A stretch of 63,721 bases of DNA, the filler included, from Octopus bimaculoides (Eukaryota), in assembly GCF_001194135.2 (NCBI RefSeq). It is 6 parts of 5 records of this genome, joined end to end, with 100 filler letters (N's around TTAATTAATTAA, not from the genome) between each part and the next. Parts side by side here need not be neighbours in the genome. Positions count along the whole stretch, not along the records: positions 23,411 to 49,451 come from NC_069003.1; positions 49,552 to 53,169 come from NC_069004.1; positions 53,270 to 57,805 come from NW_026432280.1; positions 57,906 to 61,881 come from NC_069003.1; 2 more parts are not named here. One strand, 5' to 3'. Under the pieces are notes generated by a model. That model was not told the DNA's origin, did not search any database, and saw nothing but the letters and a program-made list of their open reading frames with translations. Of the stretch, positions 49,026 through 61,644 are shown piece after piece (the stretch's first letter is position 1; every line of letters starts with the position of its first letter). The translations under genes and the position numbers were made by a program.

Positions 49026-49551
49026 TTGTGTGTGTGTCCTGGTTATAAATTAAAATACTTTGTAAGAAATAATTTGGTGAGCAAGAAGGCAGCCCAGTTA
49101 CAAAACACTGCCTCAGTAAAACCGATTAACCCATGACAGCACGGAAAAGCATTATAACCAGGACATATTCCATCTTGTCTTCATATGGTCTATTTCGGAG
49201 TAGAATGTTCAATGTAGAAGTTGTGTATTCTAATTCCTGGCAAACCGATTCTGTTAATTTGTCTCGATAAATGGCAGACACGACACAAGTGGAAGGGTTA
49301 AAATGAAAAAAAAAAAAATAAATAATAATAATAATAATAATGATGATAAACAAAAAAGCAATATTGAACTTAAATGTTGAAATATTAAGAAATGCATTCC
49401 AAGTGAGGTGTGAAATGTCTGGGGGTAATGAAATGGAAGCAATAAGTAAACNNNNNNNNNNNNNNNNNNNNNNNNNNNNNNNNNNNNNNNNNNNNTTAAT
49501 TAATTAANNNNNNNNNNNNNNNNNNNNNNNNNNNNNNNNNNNNNNNNNNNN

Positions 49552-49582
<31 letters not shown>

Positions 49583-49700
49583 GAGAGAGAGTACGTGTGT
49601 GTGTGTGGGTGTTCATGTATTTTGAATGTATGCATGAACTGATGTACATGTGTGTGTGCATGCGTGAGAATGCGAAGGTAAGCGAGTGTGTATCTGTGTG

Positions 49701-49747
<47 letters not shown>

Positions 49748-50139
49748 ATGAAAGCATATATGCGGGTATCCGTGTGATTGTGCGTGGGTGTCTCTGTGTT
49801 TGCATGATTAAGGGTATGTTTATGTGCACACACACACACACACAGACACACACACACGCACACACAAACACACACATACGCTGCAACCAAAGATTGGCCT
49901 CGGCGGGTATGTGCCACACTCCGCTCCTATATCGAACGCTGTGAGACGCCGGGTATCAACCCAAGGGATCGGCTAGTAAGTGACAGACATACATGTGTCT
50001 TTGTGTGAGACTATGTAAGCGTGTATGTAATGAATGCGTATATATATATATGTACGTATAGAGTGTATATGCATGCGTGTGTGTATATATGCGTGTGTTT
50101 ATGTGTGTGTGTTTGTGTGTATACATATAAATACATATA

Positions 50140-50280
50140 TGGGAGAAATTACGAAAAAAACAACAACAGACGAGGACAGGTGGTGTAAACAACAAAAGGA
50201 TGTATTAGTTTAACGCTCGGGAATAGAGAAAGTCTTTAACGTTTCGAGCTACACTCTTCAACAGAAAGAATAAGGAGAAA
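50140..50280. mobile_element. Penelope-like element terminal-repeat fragment
   Basis: Carries the hammerhead-like ...TTTAACGTTTCGAGC... motif. Shares the GAGGAC...ATGTATTAG block with the window start (about 50-90). Confidence 0.5.
50233..50269 (-). ncRNA. Non-canonical minimal hammerhead motif in a Penelope-like terminal repeat
   Basis: Minus strand TCTTT-CTGTTGA-A-GAGT gta GCTC-GAAA-CG-T-T-AAAGA: 5-bp stem I, A6U core variant, palindromic ACGT stem III. Confidence 0.55.
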
Positions 50281-50379
50281 AAATACATATATATATATAC
50301 ACACACATATACACATATATATACATATACATACACACACACATACACACACACACACACACACATACACATATATATA

Positions 50380-50826
50380 CAGGGTGTCCCCAAATTAAGG
50401 CAACCATTTTTTTTCAATTTTGCTAAAGTAAAATATTGTTATAGTTTCGGGTCCGAGCGTTGCAATGTAATGGTAAAGGAAACACAATTTATAAACACTA
50501 CCACATTCATTCTATATGACAACCTCTGTTTCGAATCACAGCCCTAAGCCTAGGTGTGATTGCTTGACACGCGACACGCAGCCGTTCTTGCGGAATCGAA
50601 GCCCATTCCAAGCAGAGCTTTGCTTTCAGAGCGTCGAGATTGCATGAAGAGTATTCCAGACTCTTGTCTCCAAAATGGACCAAACAGAAAAATCCAACGG
50701 GTTGAGATTGCGGCTTCCTTGAGGGCCATATATCCTTGTCTATGAACGATGGAGTGTTTTTCTGAATCTTGTGTTGTCTCTGTTTGGCGCTGAAAGATGG
50801 TGCCGATAATCGTCCTGTGAGTGTAT
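50380..50826 (-). mobile_element. 3' end of a maT/DD37D-like transposon: transposase C-terminus and TIR
   Basis: Frameshifted QD...APSF...FIDKDIWPS..NLNPLDFSVWSILETRV...LDALKAKL..EW..IPQE.LR.AC.....RLRAVI...G.HIE*. Terminal TA|CAGGGTGTCCCC at 50378-50391. Confidence 0.88.
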
Positions 50827-50896
50827 ATATATATATTTGTATGCATGTGTATACGCATCTATGTATGTAACCGTGTGTATAAATTTGAGTGTGTTC

Positions 50897-50946
<50 letters not shown>

Positions 50947-51279
50947 GTATGTATGTATACATATATACATACATATATGCATACATGCACACGCACACAT
51001 GCACACACGCACACACACACACATGTATGTACGTCTGCATGTAATCGTGTATGTATGAAAGTCTGAGAGTAAACACACACCTACACATATATATATATAT
51101 ATATATATGCAAATGTAAAATACATGTTTATATATGAGTGTAAATACACACATATATACCTGCACGAAGACACACATACTCACTCATACACGCACAGGCA
51201 CACATACACACACATACACACACACACACACACACATGCACACGCGCACGCGCATATGTTTAAGATTTGTTATGTATAG

Positions 51280-51313
<34 letters not shown>

Positions 51314-51576
51314 ATTTTTATCGGTGTAAGCGAATATGTATGAACGCATAACCACGTCTCGTATAACTGTACATAATCGTTTTTCCGTGTGCATATGTAC
51401 GTCTGTATATAAAGGTATGAGTGTATGTAACGTCCGCATATTTGTATGTATGCATGTATGTTTCGTTGTATGCATGCCTGTACGTACGTACGTATGCCAA
51501 CATGGCATACGTATGATGTGCATACATGCATGTTTGTCTGTGGTAATGTGTGCGTGCGTGCGTGCGTGTGCATGTG

Positions 51577-51607
<31 letters not shown>

Positions 51608-52783
51608 CCATGCTTTGTGATCGGGTGAACTGGTGAGCTAATGTGTTCGGTTTATGCGACGTGTTCGGCAATGCATTCCGTTATTCCAGACACGACTCGG
51701 CGTAGTTCCACTTCGTCTGTTCGGACACGTCACAACATGATGTCGTCTGCTCTGTGCAAAGATGCATTTTAAGTTTCTGTATGTTCGCGCGCGCGCGCGC
51801 GCGTGTATGTGTGTGTTTGCGGGCGTATTTGTTAGGGATTGATGTCCACGGGAGCGAATGTGTGAAATAGAGCTTTGATGGAAGAGAAAGTGAGAAAATG
51901 ACCGTGATAGATAGAGAGAGAGAGAGAGAGCGAAGGAGAGACAAACAGACAAAAGGAGAGAGAAAATGTGAGACAGTGAGACAGTAAGACAGAGAGAGAC
52001 AGACAGAGAATGTCAAAGGTGGTGGGGAAGGTGTGGTGGAGGATGGAATGTTGTAGAGTTCACAGTGTCGTATGTTTGAAATTTAAAATAGGCGCGAAGA
52101 CAAACGTGAGAAAGATGGCTGGGCGAAAACAACGATCCAAAGTCATATTATAAGCACACACACACATACAAACACACACACGCAAACACGCACACACGCA
52201 CACACACAAGCATACGCGCGCGCACTCTTACATTCAAAAACTTTTTACGTATTAAAATATACTTAAGACCTGTTCCAATGTTTGAGAGATATTTGAACCT
52301 GTAAAGGCTTTCTTCAGCCGCATGACATATATGTATGTGAGTGTGTGTGTATGTGTCTGTGTGTGTGTACGTGTCCGTGTGTCCGTGTGTGTGTGTGTGT
52401 ACGTGTCCGTGTGTCCGTGTCTGTGTGTGTGTGTGTGTACGTGTCCGTGTGTCCGTGTGTGTGTGTCCGTGCGTGTGTGTGTCCATGTCCCAAACTTCCC
52501 GATATGCACGGGACAATCCTCCTTGAGTGCCAGTAACAAGTCAACACATCTGGTGGCAGACAAACATTTGAAATATTTCAAAGCGAACAAGGCCGTCTTT
52601 CTTGAGGCTGTGTCTGGAGAGCAGCTTTCACTGAGGAGCTGAAACCGGGACGAGGAAGGAGGAGGAGAGAGGGGGGAGCTACAAGACCGCCTCGATAGCT
52701 TACACACACATATCAGGCTTCTAATCAGAGCGAGAGAGAGAGAGAGAGAGAGAGAGATACAGACAGACAGAGACAGACAGATG

Positions 52784-52821
<38 letters not shown>

Positions 52822-52975
52822 AAGAAAGGAAGAGAGAGAGAAAGAAAGGAAGAGAGAGAGAAAGAGAGAAAGAAAGGAAGAGAGAGAGAAAGAGAGAGAG
52901 AGAGAACAGGGGAAGGAAGGGAGAAAGGGAGAGGAGAGAGGAAGTAGGGACCCTAGAAAAAGGAATATGAGGACG

Positions 52976-53021
<46 letters not shown>

Positions 53022-54427
53022 TTATTCCATAAATGAAAAATGCATGCATTAAATACTCCAAAACGTACAGGTAGGACAGACAGAAGGACAGACAGGTAGG
53101 ACAGAGAGAAGGACCCTAATGCTTCCTCAGTTATCGACCAAAATTACTAACACCCAGTTTAGTTCCTTTNNNNNNNNNNNNNNNNNNNNNNNNNNNNNNN
53201 NNNNNNNNNNNNNTTAATTAATTAANNNNNNNNNNNNNNNNNNNNNNNNNNNNNNNNNNNNNNNNNNNNAGAGAGAGAGAGAGAAATCTTCATATGATAC
53301 ATGACTAGATGTTTTCTATTTGCTTACAAACTCCGTATTTCGATCAGTCGTGTTTGTAGAGGTGAAATTTCATTATTATCTCTATATGTAAGACTGATGA
53401 GCACTTGCAGCTTCGCAGCTATGTTCACAAAAGCCGTTTACAATGTCGGATGTTATATTTACGTCGCAATGGATATTACTTTTCGCTACGTTAGGTTATC
53501 TTTCTTATCTTCGATGTACGAGTCGAAATAACGGAACCGTTCAACAGATTTTCATGGCACTCAATCAAACGTTTGGAGCCTTACATTCGGTTACTTTTGA
53601 TATGGAGAATCTAGGTTTTATTTGCGTTGATCTTCAAAATCCAGTAATGTTCACCTCACCATGATAGGTCATCGGAATGCTATTGGTTATTAGTCGTACA
53701 CATATCAAACGAGACAATTTCTTTAACAAATGTTGAATGACTTTGCGTATTTCTAATATCAGTTTCGAAAGTTGACACAAAACCAGCAATATCGAGGTAG
53801 GGGAAAGTTGACTACATCCATCCCAGCGTTTAACTGGTACTTATTTTATCGATCCCGAAAGGATGAAGGGCAAAGTCGGTCTCGGCGGCTATTGAACTCA
53901 AAACGTAAAGACGAATGAAATGCCACAAAGCATTTTCTCTTTTTGCCCGACGTGCTTAACGATTCTTATTTCTTTATTGCCCACAAGGGGCTAAACATAG
54001 AGGGGACAAACAAGGACAGACAGTATTTCTCCCGTCGCTCCATTCTGAGTTCAAAATCCGCCCAGATCGACTTTGTCGTTCATCTTTTCGAAGTCGATAA
54101 ACTAAGTACCAGTTGCGTACGGGGTCAAGCTAATCACCAGGCCCCTCACTTCCCATCCCAAATTTCAGGCTTTTTGCCTATAGTAGAAATGAATACGACT
54201 GAATTCAGGTCGCAAGCTGGCAGAATCGTTAGCACGCCGAGCAAAACACTTAGCGGCATTTCATCTGTCCATACGTTCTAAGTTCAAATTCCCACGAGGT
54301 CAACTTTACCTTTTATCCTTTCAGAGTCGACAAAATTAGTGGATTGATCACTTGAGCGGATGTTATTGACTTACCACCCACCCACCCCCACCACACACGA
54401 AAATACTGGCCTTGTGCCAAACCAATA

Positions 54428-54770
54428 TTAACCCATTAACTGCCAAATTTTTTTATTCATATTTTTTGGCTTTGCCAGGTGTCTTAGGAGTTAAAATAAT
54501 AAATAGTATTTAAATTTTCTTCATATGTGAATAATTTTGGAAATTATGATAAATTTTTCGAAAAGTCCCAAATCGGGATCGCCGAAAAAATGCATATTTA
54601 TCCTTTTCTATTCAATTGCATTAATAAACATTTTAGTTTTGTTTTAAACTATAGTATCAAATGCAAATGCGTATGATATAATAGATGGGAAATGCAAAAA
54701 ACCTATTTTCAAAACAGTCAATATTTTTGTAGTTTAAAAATTGCGATTTATGGCATAAAATGTCCTCTAG
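54428..54770 (+). mobile_element. Possible piggyBac-type terminus (one end only)
   Basis: TTAA|CCCATTAACTGCC followed by AT-rich unique sequence; the matching end was not found. Confidence 0.3.
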
Positions 54771-55157
54771 AATTAGCCAGAGCTAATAATGACAAACTTT
54801 AATTACTAAATATTGTTAAACACACCTCTGCAGACGCAATGGACAGAAGCAATTCACAGCGCAGTTAAGTAACTCGCTTGCAACCACGTGGTTTCGGGTT
54901 CAATGCCATTGCGCGGCACCTTACCTTGGACAAATGCTTCTATTATAACGGTAGCGAGTTCCGGTCAATGCCTTGTGAGTGAATATGGCAGATGGAAACT
55001 GTGTGGAAGCAAGTTGTGTATATATGTGTGTGTGTGTGTGTGTGTGTTTATGTTTGTTTTCCCACATACAGAATTTGAGAACTGGTGCTAGTTTCTTTAC
55101 TTCCTCATAAGGTGGTGGTTCGGCAAAAGATACCAATAGAATAAATATCAGACTTAT

Positions 55158-55158
55158 A

Positions 55159-55193
<35 letters not shown>

Positions 55194-55289
55194 AATAATA
55201 ATAATAATAAATATAAGTAGTAGTAGTAGTAATAGTAGTAGTAATGGCAGCAGCAGCAGCAGCAGCAGCAACAGTAGCAGTAGTAGTAA

Positions 55290-55325
<36 letters not shown>

Positions 55326-55377
55326 CAGCAGCAGCAGCAGCAGCAGTAGTAGCAGCAGCAGCAGCAGCAGCAGTAGT

Positions 55378-55409
<32 letters not shown>

Positions 55410-55421
55410 TAGTAGTAGTAG
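55158..55421. repeat. Compound trinucleotide microsatellite (GAT)n(AAT)n(AGT)n(AGC)n
   Basis: Seen directly. Confidence 0.95.
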
Positions 55422-55940
55422 AGTGAATTTGATCGATTAAATCCTTCAAAAATAATATGTTCCAGCAGGGGCCGCAATCCAATATGCGAAACTAGCAAAA
55501 GATGAAAAAATAAATAAGAAAGGAAAAAAAAAAAAAACAGAAGAAACAGAGACACGAACTTGAAGTCTGACGATGGCGAATCAAGCATCTTATCCACAAC
55601 ACCAAGCTTTTGTCCAGATTATTTCCTGTAAATTGATAAATGTCACGCCATTTTGTATATTAGTTACGTTGATATTTTCAGGCTTCCGGTAAAGTTTCGA
55701 TATATCACTCTTGAACACACATCTCCGTCACTTTACGAAGTCATACATGTGGAAACAGACGTATTCCCTCTAAGTGCGGCAAGCAATTTTTCTATACCAT
55801 CCACTTGATTATATATATATATATATTCATGCGCGTGCGTGCGTGCATGTGTACTAACATCTATCCATTCATCCATCCATCCATCCATGCATACATACAT
55901 ACATACATACATATATACACACACACACATATATATGTAC

Positions 55941-55971
<31 letters not shown>

Positions 55972-56026
55972 TATGTGTGTATATATACATATATGTATAC
56001 ATATATATACATACATATAAATATGC

Positions 56027-56064
<38 letters not shown>

Positions 56065-56478
56065 ATACATCTATACATATATATANNNNNNNNNNNNNNN
56101 NNNNNNNNNNNNNNNNNNNNNNNNNNNNNNNNNNNNNNNNNNNNNNNNNNNNNNNNNNNNNNNNNNNNNNNNNNNNNNNNNNNNNNNNNNNNNNNNNNNN
56201 NNNNNNNNNNNNNNNNNNNNNNNNNNNNNNNNNNNNNNNNNNNNNNNNNNNNNNNNNNNNNNNNNNNNNNNNNNNNNNNNNNNNNNNNNNNNNNNNNNNN
56301 NNNNNNNNNNNNNNNNNNNATATATATATATATATATATATATAAATACACACATACTTATACATACACACACATATATATAAATACATACATACATACA
56401 TAATACATACATTCATACACATAGAAATGTCTATAAAAATAGATTGATAAATGGATGGACAGAAGGATACGTAGAAAA

Positions 56479-56509
<31 letters not shown>

Positions 56510-56625
56510 ATAGACAATAGCTATAAAGATATATAAAGATATATGCACAGAGAGACAGACAGGTTGAAGAAGAGAAAGAGCGAGCAAGAGAAAGAGAGAG
56601 AATGACATCTAGACCGGCGGTCGAA

Positions 56626-56687
<62 letters not shown>

Positions 56688-58232
56688 TGCATTAGTAATT
56701 CCTCTCAGGAGTTTGACAGATATAAGATGTGACACCATTTTCTTGTCATTCAATTCTCTTTGCACCACGTATAATTCTAAACTTTATAAGGTTTGGAATA
56801 TTCGCAGAGATATTGCCATTATCCATGTGAAAACGACCTCTATTGGTGAAGATTAAAACTAAAATTTACCTTCTGTATATGTTTTGCCTTGAGCCCTAGT
56901 TACCCGTTTGCCATGGCGTATGAGCGACCGAGATTGCAAGAATCCCTGCAACGAGACGCTGGTCTGTATCTGAATTGAAGGCCACCGATTTTGTGGAGAG
57001 GAGCAGGTCAATCACATCCACTTTAGCACCCTACTGGCACATTATTCTATTGTCCCTGAAGGGATGAAAGGCGAAAGGGGATCTCGGCGAGATTTGAACT
57101 CACGGCGTAAATAGCTGGAAGAAATCGTTTTCCATTTTTTCTTTCTACTTGTTTCAATCATTTGACTACAGCAAAGCTGGGGCACCGCCTTGAAGGGTTT
57201 TAGTGTAACAAATCAATCCCAGGACTGACTTTTTAAAGCCTGGTACGTATCATATTGGTACCTTTTGACAGGAATGTGAACACACCCACACCAGTTATCA
57301 AGCAGTGACGGGGGACAAACACAGACACAAAGGCACACATACATAGATATACGTATAAAACGACGGGTTTCTTTCAGTTTCTGTCTACCGAATTCACTCA
57401 CATGACTTTCGTCGGCCCGAAGTGCCGAACCCAGAACTATGTGGTTGGGAAGCAAGCTTCTTACCACTCAGCCGCGCCATCGCCTAACAAGCCGCTAAAA
57501 ACCTTGTCTGACGTACTAACGATTCTGCTGGCTGGTCACCTCTCCTTCAATATATAAATAAGGCCAAGCGACCGATGAAACGAAAGTGGTCGCAGCTGGT
57601 AGAAGTAACAGCTAAATTTCCCTAAAGCTACAATACCTTCTGGCTTCTACACCTGGACAGTACGTATTGGATCACGTGGATATAATTGGATGCTCAATCA
57701 AAGAACGGTTCTATTCGTTCAAAGCAACCAACATATATTTCAGCCAGGCGCTTATTTCATCGATTTCAGTTTTACAGATCCTTATTATTTATATATATAT
57801 ATATANNNNNNNNNNNNNNNNNNNNNNNNNNNNNNNNNNNNNNNNNNNNTTAATTAATTAANNNNNNNNNNNNNNNNNNNNNNNNNNNNNNNNNNNNNNN
57901 NNNNNTATATATATATCCGACAGGCTTCTTTCAGTCTACCAGATCCACTCACAAGGCTTTGGTCTGCCCAAGGTTATAGTAGAAGTCAGCTGCCCAAGGT
58001 GCCATTCAGTGGGACTGAACCTGGAACCATGTGGTTAGGAAGCATGCTTCGTAACCATTAATTCTCTAAGTAGTTCTAATTTTCCCAACCGACCAATGGG
58101 CCGACCAATAAATAACAAACCTATTATGACTACTGGAAACAGCTGTAAGTCAAATTTGCTGCATTAGTTAAATATGTAATGACAATTATTTATGCCTTGT
58201 CTTATACATACATACATATATACATACATACA

Positions 58233-58266
<34 letters not shown>

Positions 58267-58280
58267 CATACATACATACA

Positions 58281-58314
<34 letters not shown>

Positions 58315-59465
58315 CACTAAGGGATAATATCTATCCAATATACTGCCTGAAGAATACCCAATTATTATTACACTAGTGTTTTTTCTTTGTATTACCAAGT
58401 GCAATAAATGGGTGCGGGTAAAAAGTTATTTTACCATTAATTTGTATAGCAATAAGAAAATGGAGGGGAATAGATGGTATTCATTAACTTGCAGACATTG
58501 TATTGTGTCAATTTACTTTTTTATATGTTTACTAAAAGGACAATAATAACAATATACAAACACATGCGACATATTATCTCATATCAGTAATTAAAAAATG
58601 ACATATAGTGACAGAACATGGGATAATGACTTACAGCTGTTTCAGACTAGTTGTGACATGCCTCATTCTATCTATACCACTCCAGTAGACTGCAGAAATT
58701 AATAGATGAAATAGATGTACATTGATGATTCTCTAGGCCTCTTCAGAGATTTTATAAAGTTCATAAGGTTAAGTTAAAATATCCAAATATAAGAGTATAA
58801 AAACCGTAAAAACCCATATATATATATATATGCATACTTTAACATATACATAGATATACATAAATAAACATAAATACATATATGTACATTTAAATGTGCA
58901 TACACAAATGTCCATACATGCATACAAATGAATCAATTATTATTGTTATTATACACGAGGAGGACACATATATATATACACACCCACACATACATGCATA
59001 CACATATGCATAAACATTTCTGTACAGAAATGTTCATTGGTACATACGCATTAGTTGAGTTTGGAATGGAGGACTGGTGCATTAGTTCGTATCATTATAA
59101 TTCCAACAAAAATCTCCAAACCTATATATATTTTTTTTATCAAAAACCTATGGGGTACGTACGTATCTGTTGTGTTTGTATTGGAGGAATTTATACAATT
59201 AGTTCGTGAGAATTCTAACAATAATATCCAAACTTCTATAAAACTGTGATGAGTTACTCTGTAATTTTTTTCTTTATGGAGTAGTTGGAGTCATGCTAGT
59301 AATGTCATTTTTTAATTACTGATATGACATAATATGTCGCATGTGTTTGTATATTGTTATTATTGTCCTTTTAGTAAACAAATAAACAAGTAAATTGACA
59401 CAATACAAACAATACAATGTCTGCAAGTTGATGAATACCACATATTCCCCTCCATTTTCTTATTG

Positions 59466-59514
<49 letters not shown>

Positions 59515-61604
59515 CATACATATATATATATATATACATACATACATACATACATACATACACAGTACGAGCTAACCTTAATTTGCAAGCACATCTTAAA
59601 CCTTGTAAACTTCATAATTAAATACTCCACGAATTTACAGCAGCGGGATCATGTGATTCAATAACGTAGAAAGAATTACTGTTAACAGATTCACCTCGTT
59701 CGACATTGCAGAATTTTTACAATCCGTTTACATTCATCTTCTCTTGAATGCCATAGAAAACGGGGGGGGGGATTAACGCACGCAAGTGATTCTATGAACG
59801 TTTAATTCTAAACCCAAAGAAATTGTTATGATTATACAAAGATACTTTGTGCGTCATAAAAGCAATAGAATTAACTCTTTTGCGTATCTATGAGGATATC
59901 TGCAACGCAGAAACTCCCTAATTAAATAACACTTTTTTTGTTTTGATTTTATTTTATTTTATTTTATTTTTTGTCTTTGGTCAGTAAGTGTCATTTGCTA
60001 TTTGATTCTATCTAAAAATCAAAGGAAATGACAACTATTCCCTTCAAACTTTGATTTTGCGACCGAAACACCAATGGAAACTTTTCGATGACATTTCAGA
60101 CAGATTCAGTGCAGAGTTACTGAAGCAAAAATATCGTTATAGCAAATATTCTGCTCAATACCGCAGATTTGTCTGTCAGTTGTTTGACCTTAACCACTTG
60201 AGCATGTCCCTTATCTCTGATCATGAGCAGGAGTAACGGGAGAGCATCATAGCCATGTGTTGAGAGGGATTCTTTGTGGTTTGAATAAATATCATTACAA
60301 CAAAGTTTGAAGGAGATATTTGCCATTTTGCATACTTTCTATGGATAAGCAAATAGGAAATAACAGTTGTTACCGAAGGACAAACATCGTGTAACACAGT
60401 GTAATATTCTAGACTTAATAAGAAAAGTTTTGTCGTCTCACACTATGGATGACCGTTTCTGTCTTATTTTACTTGTTTCACACGTTAGATTGAGGCCATG
60501 CTAGGACACCGCCTTGAAGAATTTTCGTTGAATGAATCGACCACAGTACTTATTTTTTGAAAGCCTGTTAGTTGTTCTATTGAGCTCTTTTGCCTAACTG
60601 CTTAAACACATCACCATTGGTTGTCAAGCGGTGGTAAGGGACAATCACAGGCAAAAAGACGCGCGCGCGCTCACACACACACACACACCATTGTAAGTGT
60701 CTTCTATTACCTCAGACAAACCAAAGCCCTGTGATTGGATTTGGTTTACAGAAACTGAAAGAAGCCCGTCAACCAAATTCAATATATATTTATATATAGA
60801 TATATATATATATTGAATTTAGCTGACAGAAACTGAAAGAAGCCCATCNNNNNNNNNNNNNNNNNNNNNNNNNNNNNNNNNNNNNNNNNNNNNNNNNNNN
60901 NNNNNNNNNNNNNNNNNNNNNNNNNNNNNNNNNNNNNNNNNNNNNNNNGTGTGTGTGTGTATATATATATGTATGTGTGTGTGTATGTATATATATGTAT
61001 GTATCTATCTATCTATCGATCGGTAGAATTGGATGTGCCCGATGCGTGACACTTAAACCACATAGGTGCCAGCTCTAATGTTAATCATATTAAGCTCCCA
61101 CCGTTGCTTGTACACACAGGTTGTCGGTATCCCTTGTAGGGTCAAGTAAAAGCAACCGAGGTCGCTTTTCTTGCCTAGTGACTGACTCCCACTTTTACGA
61201 ACACCGCTCCACTTCCATGCTCCCACGCTCTGGCATGTGCTTGCCGTGTGTTTCAATCTGGTTGTTGCTTGTCTCAAGCTTATATTTCTGTTTCGATTGG
61301 CTCCCGTGGTTCCTCAATGCTGGCCTCATAAGCTGCGTCCATAGTGTAACGTCATGGGTTGTCGAATACTGAAAGATATGTAACAACTGGGATAAAGTAG
61401 TACCAAGGAATGTCCATGTTCTTTACTTTGTGCATAATTGTATAAAAAGTATTGAGGAAATGACATCCAACTAAATTTAATTACTAAAAGGAATAATTGT
61501 TTTTGTTTTTGGAATATTGGCTCTCGAAGCAGACCTCATAAAGCTACAAATAAATAATAGCATATAAATGTTGTGTTGAAAAACTATTTTGGATAGAAAA
61601 ATTC

Positions 61605-61644
61605 GAAGGCTGCCTGTAGGACTTGAGTCCTACAGGCAGCCTTC
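61605..61644. repeat. Perfect 19-bp inverted repeat with 2-nt spacer
   Basis: GAAGGCTGCCTGTAGGACT-TG-AGTCCTACAGGCAGCCTTC. Confidence 0.95.

Noticed and set aside
53330-53460. Minus-strand donor GTAAGCAAAT identical to the filamin donor
   Set aside because: There is no convincing acceptor and the upstream frame shows no homology.
57568-57595. GCGACCGATGAAACGAAAGTGGTCGC ultra-minimal hammerhead-like hairpin
   Set aside because: The core is incomplete, there is no stem II, and G occupies the cleavage position.
61280-61342. MDAAYEASIEE resembling spinophilin N-terminal SAYEAGI
   Set aside because: The frame stops after 20 codons with no donor; a chance match is likely.
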